The notes: generated by a model not told the origin, from the letters alone. Positions 11,048 to 23,212 are shown, counted from the first letter of the stretch. The stretch is 64,000 nt of DNA from Gammaproteobacteria bacterium (GCA_963662865.1 OY759969.1:1903742-1967741); one strand, 5' to 3'. Numbers and translations are program-made.

Positions 11048-12235
11048 GTGAAAATCGAATCATTGAAAATTAAAAATTTTCGAGTTTTTGAGGATATCCA
11101 TATTACGGAAATGCCGGGATTCTGCGTATTTGTCGGTGCCAATGGCAGCGGCAAAAGCACATTATTCGACATATTCGGCTTTTTGAAAGATGCGCTGACA
11201 GGCAATGTGCGAACAGCCCTGCAAAAGCGCGGCGGTTTTCGGGAAGTCGTAACACGGGAAAACACTGATCAGCCCATAGAATTTACTCTGCAATTTCGCC
11301 TTTCCATCGGCGGCGTGGAGCGCCTGGTTACGTATGTTCTGAACATCGAATTACGTGATAATAAACCCGTTGTGGCGCGGGAAATATTGCGCTATAAGCG
11401 CAGCAGCTATGGTTCGCCTTACCATTTTCTGGATTTTCGGAACGGTTCCGGTTACGCCATTCTTAATGAAGAAAACTTCAATGAGCAGGATGCCGAGTTG
11501 GACCGTGAGGAGCAGAGTCTTGATAGCCCGGATATTCTGGCGATTAAGGGGCTGGGTCAATTCCAGCGTTTCAGGGCCGCCAACGCCTTCAGGCAGCTCA
11601 TTGAAAAATGGCACGTATCTGATTTTCATATCGGCGAAGCCAGGGCATCTGTCGATGCCGGTTATGCCGAGCATTTATCCTCAAGGGGGGATAACACTGC
11701 CCTGGTAGCCCAGTACCTCTACGACCAACACAAACCTGTATTCGGTCAGGTGCTGGAGAAGATGAAGCGCAGGGTACCTGGTGTTGAAAATGTCGAGGCC
11801 GCTGAAACAGACGATGGTCGCATTGTGTTGAAGTTTCAAGACGGCAGTTTCAAGGACCCGTTTATTGCCCGCTATGTATCCGATGGCACCATCAAGATGT
11901 TTGCCTATCTGTTGTTGTTAAACGACCCCTCGCCTCACCCGCTGCTATGCGTGGAAGAACCGGAAAATCAGCTTTACCCCAGCCTGATGCCTGAGTTGAC
12001 AGAAGAGTTCCGCAGCTATTCGGAGCGAGGCGGTCAGGTTATGGTCACCAGCCATTCGCCTGATATTCTCAACAATGCTCAATTGAATGAGATTTTTTGG
12101 CTGCAAAAAGAAGGTGGCGTTACCGGAGTCATCAGGGCGGCAGACAATGCGCTGTTATCCCGCCTGGTGGCAGGTGGCGATCGGCCGGGATACCTGTGGA
12201 AAGAAGGATTGTTTGAGGGGGCCGACCCTGAATGA
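11048..12235 (+). CDS. AAA_21/ABC-type (OLD/RecF-like) ATPase of a putative two-gene defence module
   Basis: GTG start with GGGAGA RBS. Walker A GANGSGKST, Q-loop, signature-like SDGTIKMFAYL, Walker B LLCVEEPENQLYP and H-loop TSHSP are all present. GC is noticeably lower than flanking genes. Confidence 0.8.
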   Translation: MKIESLKIKNFRVFEDIHITEMPGFCVFVGANGSGKSTLFDIFGFLKDALTGNVRTALQKRGGFREVVTRENTDQPIEFTLQFRLSIGGVERLVTYVLNIELRDNKPVVAREILRYKRSSYGSPYHFLDFRNGSGYAILNEENFNEQDAELDREEQSLDSPDILAIKGLGQFQRFRAANAFRQLIEKWHVSDFHIGEARASVDAGYAEHLSSRGDNTALVAQYLYDQHKPVFGQVLEKMKRRVPGVENVEAAETDDGRIVLKFQDGSFKDPFIARYVSDGTIKMFAYLLLLNDPSPHPLLCVEEPENQLYPSLMPELTEEFRSYSERGGQVMVTSHSPDILNNAQLNEIFWLQKEGGVTGVIRAADNALLSRLVAGGDRPGYLWKEGLFEGADPE

Positions 12236-12795
12236 CACGACTGATTTTTATGCTGGAAGGACCTTCAGACAAAAAGCTGTTCGATAAGCTGCTGCCCAGA
12301 GTTCTTCCTGATACTGTGACTTTTAAATGTATCGAGCACGAAGGCAAGAGTCGGCTGGAACAGTCCATTCGCAATAAACTGAAAAGCTGGAATGTCCCTG
12401 GCGACTGGTTTGTTGTAGTACGGGATAAAGACCGGGGCGACTGTCTTGAGCTTAAGGCTCAGCTAAGACAGCTATGCGAAGCTGGTGGTCGCCCGGAAAC
12501 ATTGATCCGTATCGCTGTTCACGAGTTGGAGAGCTGGTTTCTGGGTGATTTACAGGCTGTAGAAAGAGGCTTTGATATTACCGGCCTTTCGGGAGGGCAG
12601 AGTAGCCGAAAATATCGAAACCCGGATTTACTGCCGAATGCATATGATGAACTGAAAAAGCTGGTAAAAGACTATCAGAAAGTATCAGGTGCCGAAAAGA
12701 TTACCCCTCATCTGAATATAGACAGCAATCAATCGGAGAGCTTCAGGCAGCTATTGAGTGGCCTGAAGAGCTATGTGGGGCGCATCCAGGATTGA
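12232..12795 (+). CDS. DUF4276-like small protein with TOPRIM-like motifs (putative nuclease partner of the ATPase)
   Basis: 187 aa. The start overlaps the ATPase stop (ATGA), suggesting translational coupling. FMLEGPSDKKLF (conserved E), VVVRDKDRGD (DxD) and HELESW resemble TOPRIM/OLD C-domain motifs. Confidence 0.6.
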   Translation: MTRLIFMLEGPSDKKLFDKLLPRVLPDTVTFKCIEHEGKSRLEQSIRNKLKSWNVPGDWFVVVRDKDRGDCLELKAQLRQLCEAGGRPETLIRIAVHELESWFLGDLQAVERGFDITGLSGGQSSRKYRNPDLLPNAYDELKKLVKDYQKVSGAEKITPHLNIDSNQSESFRQLLSGLKSYVGRIQD

Positions 12796-12913
12796 ATATC
12801 TGCCGCCTAGCCGGATCGTCGAACTACCGTACTATTCACCGGGAGGTATCCGGGCGGCGGGGGGACGCTGGTTTTGTCGCAGGGTATTCTTGATGCCGAT
12901 AAGATCTGTGCGG

Positions 12914-14980
12914 CTAGCCTCCATCAGAAGCCGGAGTTGCCATTCGGTTCAGCGTCGTGATCAAGTCATCAATGGAATTACAACCAGGCTGACAGCTTGT
13001 CCCTTCGCAAAGGTAGGCGATAGTGGTTTCACCTGCGGCTTTACTGGCAAGGCTGTCAGGTAAATCCGCCGTATCGTTCGGTATGCCAAATACCATGCAG
13101 TCGGGCCTGTATTCCTGATTCAGCCTTTTGTGCCATTGGGATAATGCTTCTCCTGCGCCGCGCAATATCACCGTGCTCACCGGGCGGTGGTATTCTTCCA
13201 GCGCCAGTAACATGGAAACACACCCCTGGCCCTGTTCCCGCATCGCAGGGCCGGCGGCTTTTAAGCAGCGTTCAGTGGCCTCCAGATAATCCGTGTTTGC
13301 CAATAAGTACCCCAGACGTTGCAAACTATAGGCTGCAATTGCATTTCCGGCGGGCAAGGCATCATCGGTGTACGGTTTGGGCCGCTGGATGAGGGGTTCA
13401 TGATCGTGGGAAGTAAAATAAAAGCCACCGTGGTCCTTATCTTCAAACTGTTCCAGCAGTGCATCAGCAAGCTGGCAGGCAAATTCAATGTGCTGGCTAT
13501 GCCACTGATATTGCAGTGATTCGAGTATCGCGTCAATCAGGCAGGCATAATCATCGAGATAGGCGTTCAGATGGGCTCTACCGTCTTTGCAGGTGGCAAG
13601 TAATCTGTTGTTTTGCCAAAGCTGCCGGTGGATAAAGTCCAGCGCTTTCCGGGCGGAAACCGCCCATTCCGGTTTGTCGCAGTGACGGGCCGCTACCGTC
13701 ATCCCCTTGATTGCCAGGGCATTCCAGGATGTCAGGATTTTTTCATCGCGTCCGGGCCGGTTACGCAGTTCCCTGATATCAAATAGCTTTAGCCGGGCCG
13801 CCTGAAGCCGCTGTTGTACCGTATTGATATCCCAGCCGGACTTTTTCGCAATAGCTTCTATGCTTTCACAAACATGTAGATGCCATTTACCTTCAAAATT
13901 GGCGGGGCGATTAAGGCCATAGCGTAAGCGAAATATATCAAGCTGCTCCCATGAAAGAGGTTGGGAGATCTCTCCCTGGACCCAAGCATAGAATTTACCT
14001 TCCTCACCGTCTGAATCAGCATCCAGAGAAGAATAATATCCTCCTTCGTTCGATTGCATTTCCCGCATCAGCCAGTTGGCCGTTTCGGTACAGGTGTGCA
14101 GAAATAACGGATTCCGGTTAATGGCGAATGTCTGGGCGTAGAGCGCCAGCAAGGGCCCATTGTCGTACAGCATTTTTTCAAAATGAGGAATCTCCCAGCG
14201 ATCATCCACCGAGTAGCGGCAAAATCCCCCTCCAAGCTGGTCGTTTATGCCGCCCAATGCCATTTTTTCCAGGGTGAACAATGCAATATGAAGGCTGTCC
14301 TTGTCTTGATGCCGGCCGACGCCGCTTCGGAGTAGTCGCTCAATGTTGCCGGGATGTGGGAATTTAGGGGCGCTGCCGAACCCGCCCAGTTGACTGTCAA
14401 ACGTGTTTTTTAATGTTTTAATGGCTTTCTTTATCACGCTGGAGTCGACCATTTTCGAGCCGGGGGTGCTTTCTGCAATACGATGCAAAATGAGGCCGAG
14501 CTGTTCGTTTCTACGAGCGAGATCGTCAGGGTTGCGCAGATACCAGTCATAAACATGCTGCATAAGCTCCTTGAAACCAATCATCCTGCCGTGCGTCTCT
14601 CTGGGGAAATACGTGCCGGCGAAGAAGGGGACCCGGTCGTCGGGCTGTAAAAACAGGGTCAATGGCCAGCCGCCCGGTCGTTGCGTAAGTATCTGGTGTG
14701 CTGTCTGGTAGATCTTGTCGAGGTCGGGCCGCTCTTCACGATCAACCTTTACATTAACGAACAGCTTGTTCATTAACGTGGCTGTTTCAAGGTCTTCGAA
14801 GGATTCATGCGCCATGACGTGACACCAATGACAGGCTGAATAGCCAATAGATAATAAAATAGGCTTGTCTTCATTTTTTGCTTTAGTTAAGGCCTCTTCA
14901 TTCCAGGGATACCAGTTGACGGGATTTTCCGCATGTTGCAACAGGTAGGGACTGGTCTGGTCTTTTAGATGATTGGTCAT
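12914..14980 (-). CDS. Thioredoxin-domain protein of the YyaL/DUF255 family (N-terminal Trx domain plus N-acylglucosamine-epimerase-like alpha-toroid)
   Basis: 688 aa. Contains [32 protein letters not shown].. Confidence 0.8.
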   Translation of the reverse strand: MTNHLKDQTSPYLLQHAENPVNWYPWNEEALTKAKNEDKPILLSIGYSACHWCHVMAHESFEDLETATLMNKLFVNVKVDREERPDLDKIYQTAHQILTQRPGGWPLTLFLQPDDRVPFFAGTYFPRETHGRMIGFKELMQHVYDWYLRNPDDLARRNEQLGLILHRIAESTPGSKMVDSSVIKKAIKTLKNTFDSQLGGFGSAPKFPHPGNIERLLRSGVGRHQDKDSLHIALFTLEKMALGGINDQLGGGFCRYSVDDRWEIPHFEKMLYDNGPLLALYAQTFAINRNPLFLHTCTETANWLMREMQSNEGGYYSSLDADSDGEEGKFYAWVQGEISQPLSWEQLDIFRLRYGLNRPANFEGKWHLHVCESIEAIAKKSGWDINTVQQRLQAARLKLFDIRELRNRPGRDEKILTSWNALAIKGMTVAARHCDKPEWAVSARKALDFIHRQLWQNNRLLATCKDGRAHLNAYLDDYACLIDAILESLQYQWHSQHIEFACQLADALLEQFEDKDHGGFYFTSHDHEPLIQRPKPYTDDALPAGNAIAAYSLQRLGYLLANTDYLEATERCLKAAGPAMREQGQGCVSMLLALEEYHRPVSTVILRGAGEALSQWHKRLNQEYRPDCMVFGIPNDTADLPDSLASKAAGETTIAYLCEGTSCQPGCNSIDDLITTLNRMATPASDGG

Positions 14981-15065
14981 TGAGATGGGCGCAGAGAGTG
15001 CGGGATTAAGGCTATAACATCTTTGATACGAGAATCTGTATTGATTTTATCCAGTGATAATCGGG

Positions 15066-15905
15066 TTATTCGATAATAACATGAAAATCATGAAACCCAT
15101 GATTTATTAATTGTTCAATCATGTTGTCGGCAAGTTTCACTGTCGAAAGCGGACCGATACGTACTCGATAGATTGGAGATGAATTTGAATCGTGACTCTC
15201 CGTTATAAAGGCGTTTGAAATGACACTCAATGTTGTTTTCAGGCGCAGGGCTTCGGCGTTCTCTCTGACACTAAAAGCTCCAAGCTGTAGATAGATTTGT
15301 ATATCATCATGCCGGAAAGATGGCTCCATTGTCTGTATGCCCTTTCCCTTGCCCGATCTCCAGGCCAAAGGCTCAATGGCTCTGACTTCAACGAGTCCGG
15401 TGCCTTTGAGGGCGATCCCCAGTTTCTGGGCGGCTGCATAACTCAAATCAATAATGCGCCCTTTGTAGAAAGGCCCACGATCATTGATGCGTACAACGAT
15501 GGCTTTTTCGGTCTCCAGGTTTTTAACTTCCACGTAGGTCGGTATAGGTAAGGTCTTATGGGCCGCTGTCATAGCATACATATCGTAGGTTTCACCATTG
15601 GATGTCTTACGACCATGGAATTTTTTACCGTACCAGGAGGCTATGCCGCGCTCCACGTAGTCCTTGCTGTCGTCCAGGACATGGTAACGCCTGCCGAAGA
15701 CAGCATAGGATTGCGGATTGCCCATTCTGCTTTTTGGTTCAATCCGGGGAATGGCATCGGCGATGACGTGGTTATCCTTATAGTCGGCCGGAGGTCCGTC
15801 ATCAGAATAATATTTTCCATCTGAAGGTTTCGGCCTTTCTCCGCCACCGCAGGCAGATAGCAATAACAGAGTGGCCGAAATGAACGCCAGTCTAACAAAT
15901 GGCAT
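15066..15905 (-). CDS. rlpA: Septal ring lytic transglycosylase RlpA (DPBB domain plus C-terminal SPOR)
   Basis: 279 aa lipoprotein (LLLSACGG). Follows mltB in a conserved context. Confidence 0.85.
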   Translation of the reverse strand: MPFVRLAFISATLLLLSACGGGERPKPSDGKYYSDDGPPADYKDNHVIADAIPRIEPKSRMGNPQSYAVFGRRYHVLDDSKDYVERGIASWYGKKFHGRKTSNGETYDMYAMTAAHKTLPIPTYVEVKNLETEKAIVVRINDRGPFYKGRIIDLSYAAAQKLGIALKGTGLVEVRAIEPLAWRSGKGKGIQTMEPSFRHDDIQIYLQLGAFSVRENAEALRLKTTLSVISNAFITESHDSNSSPIYRVRIGPLSTVKLADNMIEQLINHGFHDFHVIIE

Positions 15906-15908
15906 GGT

Positions 15909-16877
15909 TTAATTTTGCATACCCTGTCTGATACGCTGGCTTAATTGATAAACGGCCATGGCATAAAGGTTACTGTGATTATATCGTGTAATGACATAAA
16001 AGTTATGCAGACCCAACCAGTACTCATGCCCATTTTCCAGTTCCAGTTGTATGGGAGTGGCCAGCGATGAAGATTTCACGGGCTGAGTGGGGAATAGATT
16101 TTTCCTGGATAGTTCGCCAATGGTGTGTGTTGGTTTCATATCGTATTTGGCGAATTCCCTGCCTTTGAAATCTGCCATTATCGTAATTGCTTCGCCTGTG
16201 TGCCAGTTGTGATGCTTGAAGTAGTTCGCCACGGAGCCAATTGTGTCATCGATATTATTGAGCAGGTCACGCTTGCCATCACCATCAAAATCAACGGCAT
16301 AATAGCGGTAACTGCTGGATATGAACTGCGGTTTACCCATCGCCGCCGCATAGGAACCTTTCAGGTCGAAGGGTTTAAATCCTTCCTCTCTGACCAGCAA
16401 TAAATAGTTCTCCAGTTCGCTGCGGAAAAATTCCCCCCGTCTGGGGTGGTCGAAGCCCAGTGTTACCAATGTATCAAAGGCCGGATATTTCCCCTGGTAT
16501 GCGCCATAGAACGTTTCAACACCAATGATTGCCGTAATGATTTCAGATGGAACGCCATATTGCTGCTCGGCCTGCGCCAGGGTTTCCCGATGCTCCTGCA
16601 TAAACGCAATGCCCTGTCTGGTCCGCTTGTCGGTAAGGAAAATCCTGCGGTATTTGTACCAAGGCAGTCTCTCGGCCGGTTTCGCAATCGCCTCAAGGGT
16701 TTTGGTTTGTTTGGTTGCCCGGCTAAACCAATCGACCAGTTGTGATTTATTGAATTGATGTTTGTTGTGCATCATGTCAATGAACTGTTTAACATCACCA
16801 CGAGATTCATAACCGGCCAGGGATTGACAGGAAGTAAGAAGGGTGAGTACTAAAATGGATGTAAAACGTGCGAGCAT
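15909..16877 (-). CDS. mltB: Lytic murein transglycosylase B
   Basis: 322 aa, conserved context downstream of rodA. Confidence 0.85.
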   Translation of the reverse strand: MLARFTSILVLTLLTSCQSLAGYESRGDVKQFIDMMHNKHQFNKSQLVDWFSRATKQTKTLEAIAKPAERLPWYKYRRIFLTDKRTRQGIAFMQEHRETLAQAEQQYGVPSEIITAIIGVETFYGAYQGKYPAFDTLVTLGFDHPRRGEFFRSELENYLLLVREEGFKPFDLKGSYAAAMGKPQFISSSYRYYAVDFDGDGKRDLLNNIDDTIGSVANYFKHHNWHTGEAITIMADFKGREFAKYDMKPTHTIGELSRKNLFPTQPVKSSSLATPIQLELENGHEYWLGLHNFYVITRYNHSNLYAMAVYQLSQRIRQGMQN

Positions 16878-16884
16878 CTGAACC

Positions 16885-17985
16885 TCAAAAATCTTCGTGT
16901 CGGAATAATTTTTTATGCGTTTGTACGGACATGATCATACCGAAACCAGCTAACAGTGTAATGATAGATGTTCCACCATAGCTGATAAGCGGTAAAGGCA
17001 GTCCCACAACCGGTAATATGCCACTGACCATGCCGATATTGACAAAGACATAAATGAAGAAGGTTAAACACAGACTGCCTGCCAGCATTTTTGAGAAGCT
17101 ATCCTGGCCGTGCGCGGCGATATACAGCCCCCGTCCTGCGATAAACAGATAGACACTCAGAAGAACTACCAGTCCCATGAAGCCGAATTCTTCACCGATA
17201 ACGGCAAAGATAAAGTCGGTATGTCGCTCGGGCAAAAACTCCAGTTGCGACTGAGTGCCGTTCAGCCAGCCTTTACCATAGGTGCCGCCGGAGCCAATAG
17301 CTATTTTGGCCTGAATGGAATGCCATCCGGCATTGAGTGGGTCGCTTTCAGGATCAAGCAGCGTCATAACACGACGTTTCTGATACTCATGCAGTAGAAA
17401 ATACCAGGCCGCAGGCAGGGAGGCGATGCCGGCTATCAATAGACCAATGAGTGTTTTCCAGCGAATTCCCGCTAGAAAAACGACGAAAAAACCTGAGGCG
17501 GCGATCAGCAGTGACGTTCCTAAATCGGGCTGCCAGATAATCAAAGCAAAAGGCACGCCGATCAGGACACCTGCGAACATCAGCCGAGGCCAGCTTGGTG
17601 GAAGCTCATACTCTGAAAAGAAACGGGCCAGCATGAGCGGCAGGGCCAGCTTCATTATCTCGGAAGGCTGAAAACGAAATATACCGAATACATCAAGCCA
17701 GCGTTGTGCACCCTTGGCCTGCACTCCATAAAAAATTACTCCGATAAGCAAGGCCAGACCAATCACATAAAGCCAGGGCGTCCAGGCTCTGAGTAACTGA
17801 GGTGAAAGCTGAGCAATGGCGAACATGGCGATTAGTCCGGAAAACAGGCGTATGGATTGCTTGATTAGAATATCGGTTTGCTGGCTACCTGCGCTGTACA
17901 AAATAATGAAGCTCAGCGAACACAGAACAAGAATACCCAGCAATAACATGCCGTCAAAGTGTAGTTTGTGTAGTAATTCTTTCAT
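16885..17985 (-). CDS. mrdB: Peptidoglycan glycosyltransferase RodA (SEDS family)
   Basis: 366 aa polytopic membrane protein, FtsW/RodA family. Overlaps the mrdA stop. Confidence 0.9.
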   Translation of the reverse strand: MKELLHKLHFDGMLLLGILVLCSLSFIILYSAGSQQTDILIKQSIRLFSGLIAMFAIAQLSPQLLRAWTPWLYVIGLALLIGVIFYGVQAKGAQRWLDVFGIFRFQPSEIMKLALPLMLARFFSEYELPPSWPRLMFAGVLIGVPFALIIWQPDLGTSLLIAASGFFVVFLAGIRWKTLIGLLIAGIASLPAAWYFLLHEYQKRRVMTLLDPESDPLNAGWHSIQAKIAIGSGGTYGKGWLNGTQSQLEFLPERHTDFIFAVIGEEFGFMGLVVLLSVYLFIAGRGLYIAAHGQDSFSKMLAGSLCLTFFIYVFVNIGMVSGILPVVGLPLPLISYGGTSIITLLAGFGMIMSVQTHKKLFRHEDF

Positions 17986-19889
17986 GGCTGATTTGCTGAA
18001 TGGTTTTCTGATTTGAGGGCGAGCTCACCCGATTCAATCCCTGGGGCCAGCCAGGCCTTAATCACTTTACCGGCCACCGGTGCGGCCGATGAACTACCGC
18101 TCCCTCCGTTTTCCACAATAACAGCAACCGCAATTTCGGGATTTTCCATCGGAGCAAAGGCCACGAATAGCGCATGATCACGATATTTTTTTGCGATTTT
18201 GGTTTCGTCGTACTTCTCATTCTGCTTGATACCGATGACCTGTGCCGTACCGGTTTTACCGGCAATGGTATAAGGAATGTCTTTGTCTAAGCGACGTGCG
18301 GTTCCAGTTGGCGAATGAACCACGTCCTTCATGGCCTGTATGACCTGATCCCAGTGTTCTTTTGCGGTCCTGGGAATTTCATTGACTTTTTGGATATGGG
18401 TCCGGATTTTTTCTCCGGTGCGCATATCTTCAATTTCTTTAACGAGCCTCGGGCGAATTCTGACTCCACGGTTCGCCAGCGTTGCCGTCGCGGATGCGAG
18501 TTGTAAAGGAGTGGACAGGGTAAAGCCCTGGCCAATTCCAGTAATCAGGGTCTCACCGGGATACCATGGCTGCCCGTGTGTCCGGAGTTTCCAGTCTCTC
18601 GACGGCAACAGGCCGGACGGCTCATTCCGCATAGCAAGCAAGTCAACGCCGGTTTTTTCGCCGAACCCGAACAATGCCATGTAATCATGTAAGCGATTGA
18701 TTTTTAACGCCTTTGCCAGTTGATAATAAAACACATCGCAGGATTCGACGATTGACTTGTTCATATTGACCGTCCCATGACCGCGTTCTTTCCAGCAGCG
18801 ATATCGATGGGTATCGCCCGGCAGGCTGTAATAGCCGGGGCAATTGATGCTGTGGTCATGTTCAATCACACCGGTTTCTAGGCCCGCCAGAGCCACAAAG
18901 GGCTTTATTGTGGAACCGGGCGGATAGCGACCATGGAGGGCACGATTGTAGAGTGGGCGGCTTTCGTTTTCATTGTAGGCTTTATAGCGTTTATGATCAA
19001 TGCCATCAACGAACAGGTTTGGGTCGTAGCTCGGCTGGCTGGCAAAAACCAGAACCTCGCCGGTTTTGGGAACGATAGCGACGACTGCTCCGCTTTCCTC
19101 ACCCAGGGCCTTCTCGGCGATACGCTGTAATTTCGAGTCTATGGTCAGATACAGGTTCTTACCAGGCTGGGCGGTGACGCTTTCGAGTTTTCTTAATATC
19201 CGGCCTCGCGCATTGATTTCAACCTGCTGTACTCCAACGCTGCCATGCAGGGTGTCTTCGTAATGCCTTTCAATGCCGGACTTTCCAATGTGGTTGGTGC
19301 CGCGATAGTCAGACTCGTCCAGTTGATCGAGTTCCTTTTCACTGATGTGCCCGACATAACCAACGACATGGGCTGCATGCTCTTTTTGAGGATAATAGCG
19401 GCTCAGGCGAGCCACAATATCAACGCCAGGCATATGATGTTGATTGACAGCGACTTTAGCGACCTCCTCATTTGTCATTTTCAGGCGCAATGGAATGCCC
19501 TGAAAGGAGGAACGGCGTTTTTTTATCTTGAAAAAGCGCAAGCGGTCAGCATCACTGATTTCGATAAGGTTTACTATATCCTCCAGTGTTTTATCCATAT
19601 CAATGACACGCTCGGGCGTAATTTCCACACTGTAGGAGGGTTGGCTTTCAGCCAGTAACACACCGTTACGGTCGAATATCAGTCCGCGGGTGGGTGGGAT
19701 AGCGACAAGCTTGACGCGGTTTTCTTTGGACAGGGTTGCATAGACGTCATGCTGCATGATTTGCAGATAAACGAGCCGACCAACCAGTATCACCAGCAGG
19801 ATAATGACAAAGATGACGGCTTGAATCACCCGTATATGCAGCAGACGATTCTCGCTCCGATAATCTTTTATTCGGGCTCCAAGAGGCAT
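17982..19889 (-). CDS. mrdA: Penicillin-binding protein 2 (peptidoglycan D,D-transpeptidase MrdA)
   Basis: 635 aa with an N-terminal TM segment and a transpeptidase domain. Confidence 0.9.
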   Translation of the reverse strand: MPLGARIKDYRSENRLLHIRVIQAVIFVIILLVILVGRLVYLQIMQHDVYATLSKENRVKLVAIPPTRGLIFDRNGVLLAESQPSYSVEITPERVIDMDKTLEDIVNLIEISDADRLRFFKIKKRRSSFQGIPLRLKMTNEEVAKVAVNQHHMPGVDIVARLSRYYPQKEHAAHVVGYVGHISEKELDQLDESDYRGTNHIGKSGIERHYEDTLHGSVGVQQVEINARGRILRKLESVTAQPGKNLYLTIDSKLQRIAEKALGEESGAVVAIVPKTGEVLVFASQPSYDPNLFVDGIDHKRYKAYNENESRPLYNRALHGRYPPGSTIKPFVALAGLETGVIEHDHSINCPGYYSLPGDTHRYRCWKERGHGTVNMNKSIVESCDVFYYQLAKALKINRLHDYMALFGFGEKTGVDLLAMRNEPSGLLPSRDWKLRTHGQPWYPGETLITGIGQGFTLSTPLQLASATATLANRGVRIRPRLVKEIEDMRTGEKIRTHIQKVNEIPRTAKEHWDQVIQAMKDVVHSPTGTARRLDKDIPYTIAGKTGTAQVIGIKQNEKYDETKIAKKYRDHALFVAFAPMENPEIAVAVIVENGGSGSSSAAPVAGKVIKAWLAPGIESGELALKSENHSANQP

Positions 19890-19895
19890 GGTCGG

Positions 19896-20384
19896 CTATC
19901 TAACGTTATATTGCCTTCGGATATCCCGTAATACCATTAACAACCATGGCCAGAGCAGGGCACCTGTCAAGGATGGAAACCAGTATGACCAGGTAATACT
20001 TACCGTAGATGTCATATCATATATCCACAGCAGCAATGCCTGATAAATGAGCAGGATGAATCCTATGACGACTGATTGTTGCCAGAAAGGATACATTCTA
20101 AGGCGGAGGTGTAGATGCAGCATGATAAAAGCGACCACAGCGAGGGCCAGGACATGTTGCCCGAGCAGCGCCCCCTTCAGCACGTCAAGCGCTATGCCCA
20201 GTATCCAGGCGACACTGACACCGATACGCTGAGGCAATGCCATGATCCAGTACAATAATACCAGTGCGGCCCACTCCGGCCGGTAATCGGTGACAATTTC
20301 AGGCAGAGGCAAGACTGTAAGCACCAGAGCGACTGCGAAGGTGATAAAGATGACGTGTAGCGCATTTGCCGGTTCCCGAATCAT
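19896..20384 (-). CDS. mreD: Rod shape-determining protein MreD
   Basis: 162 aa membrane protein following mreC. Confidence 0.8.
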   Translation of the reverse strand: MIREPANALHVIFITFAVALVLTVLPLPEIVTDYRPEWAALVLLYWIMALPQRIGVSVAWILGIALDVLKGALLGQHVLALAVVAFIMLHLHLRLRMYPFWQQSVVIGFILLIYQALLLWIYDMTSTVSITWSYWFPSLTGALLWPWLLMVLRDIRRQYNVR

Positions 20385-21217
20385 TTCCTGGCCTCCTGTT
20401 CAGAACCCCGGAAAGTTTCGACGCCCCTGTTCCCTGGTTGTTGATCCGATTCTGACCAGACGAGCAATACTTCTCGATTTCTGCCAGAATTGGCGACTGG
20501 CGTAGCATAAACATTGGAAAATGCTGCAACGCTGTCCTGTTCCACCTGACTGATTTCAGCTACCGGGTAGCCATAAGGAAATCTGCCACCGAGTCCTGAG
20601 GTAATCAGGATGTCACCACTTTTTACATCGGCATTGGTGGTCAGATATGGAAGTTCGAGTCGATAATTCTCCTGACTGCCGACAGCGATAGATTGAATGC
20701 CGTTACGTGCAACCTGCACCGGAATAGAGTGATCGGGGTTTGTAATGAGCATGACCGTCGAAGTATAGAGGCTGGTATGGATAATCTGGCCGACAACCCC
20801 GTAAGCATTAATAACTGTCTGGCCAATAAAGGCCCGATCAATTGTACCCTTGTTAATGACAATCTGTCTTTTCAGGGGTTCTGTTTCAACGTGCAGGACT
20901 TCGGCGACCAGGACCCGGTCAGCATACCGGGTAGATGAATCCAGCAATTCCCTGAGCCGTATGTTTTCGGCTCTAAGTGCGGCGTATTTTATGTTTCGGG
21001 CACGTAGTTCGGACGATTCCTGCCTGAGCTCTCTGTTTTCCTGCAGAAGTGTTTTATGGGAGGTAAAGTTATCACTGGCCCACCGAAGCCCCGCCAGCGG
21101 CAGATCAACGACATACTGAATAGGTGATAATACGAGGGCGAGGCCACTACGTAATTTTTCCAGTTGTCCAGAGTGGTGATCTAAAGTCATGAGGGCAATT
21201 GACAGGATAATTCCCAC
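20381..21217 (-). CDS. mreC: Rod shape-determining protein MreC
   Basis: 278 aa with a coiled-coil N-terminus. Confidence 0.85.
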   Translation of the reverse strand: MGIILSIALMTLDHHSGQLEKLRSGLALVLSPIQYVVDLPLAGLRWASDNFTSHKTLLQENRELRQESSELRARNIKYAALRAENIRLRELLDSSTRYADRVLVAEVLHVETEPLKRQIVINKGTIDRAFIGQTVINAYGVVGQIIHTSLYTSTVMLITNPDHSIPVQVARNGIQSIAVGSQENYRLELPYLTTNADVKSGDILITSGLGGRFPYGYPVAEISQVEQDSVAAFSNVYATPVANSGRNREVLLVWSESDQQPGNRGVETFRGSEQEARK

Positions 21218-21368
21218 GACCAGACGTGTGAGATTAGACGGCCCCTTGAGGAAAATTGGGTTAATAGCTGTTTTCCTGTTTTGACTGACTTTTCAGGTTA
21301 TTTATCCTGCCACTGGAATTTTTGAATGACACCCAGTAAAACAGGTTGATCGGTGTCGGCACTTTATC

Positions 21369-22451
<1,083 letters not shown>

Positions 22452-22634
22452 TCAGGCTGCGCACTTTAACAGCCCACTAATGTTGAGGGCAATAGCCGCG
22501 ACAGAGAATGTCAGCCCGAAGCCGCCATGCCCCCTTTAGGTTAGTCGCCCTAACAACCGTTGGCTGAATAACCCGGGTTCTGTCATAACAGAGTTTTCTG
22601 CAATTTCTGTTTTCCGTGCGCTGACAGGCCCGAG

Positions 22635-23212
22635 ATGAACTTGTTCACAGTGCCCATAATAAACTCCGGCATGATTCAGAAATTTTTGAGATGGCTCTGG
22701 CAACTGTCGGCAATTGTTGCTTTACTCATGCTGAACCTGTTGATGTTCTTTCTGGCCTTTTCGCCTGCCTCGCTCTTCCATCGACCGTACAGGAGGCTGT
22801 TTCGCTACTGGTGCCAGGTGTTTATCCGCGCCCTGGATATTGATGTAAGGATTCACCAGCATCACCGTGAGCCCTTGCCGGAAACATACTGTTCATCTTT
22901 AGTATCCCTTCGTTTAAGAGACTGCAGCAACGCTTCGATGGTCAACCGGTTGCTATTGTCACCATTGATGTCGGCGAACCAGCTTCGCGGATCAAGCCGT
23001 TTCTCAAAAAAACCGATTCCAGTGAACTGTCTGTGCTGATGGACCTGGACGACAAGATTCACAAGCAATGGAATATCTACGTTTTCCCAATCTCATTCCT
23101 GCTTGATCAGTCGGGGGCCATACGGTATGCCGCTGTGGGGACCATGAACTGGAGTGACCGGTCGGTTATAAACACTATAAATAAACTATTGAGCCGGGGA
23201 AGCTCTGATTAG
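22635..23212 (+). pseudogene. Frameshifted or degenerate TlpA/ResA-like membrane-anchored thioredoxin
   Basis: Frame 0 (22635..) encodes a TM anchor and a degenerate WCQVF in place of WCxxC. Frame 2 (22871..23212) encodes the conserved TlpA C-terminus (..VAIVTIDVGE..YVFPISFLLDQSGAIRYAAVG..) but has no start codon. A stop in that frame precedes it at 22868. Confidence 0.4.
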
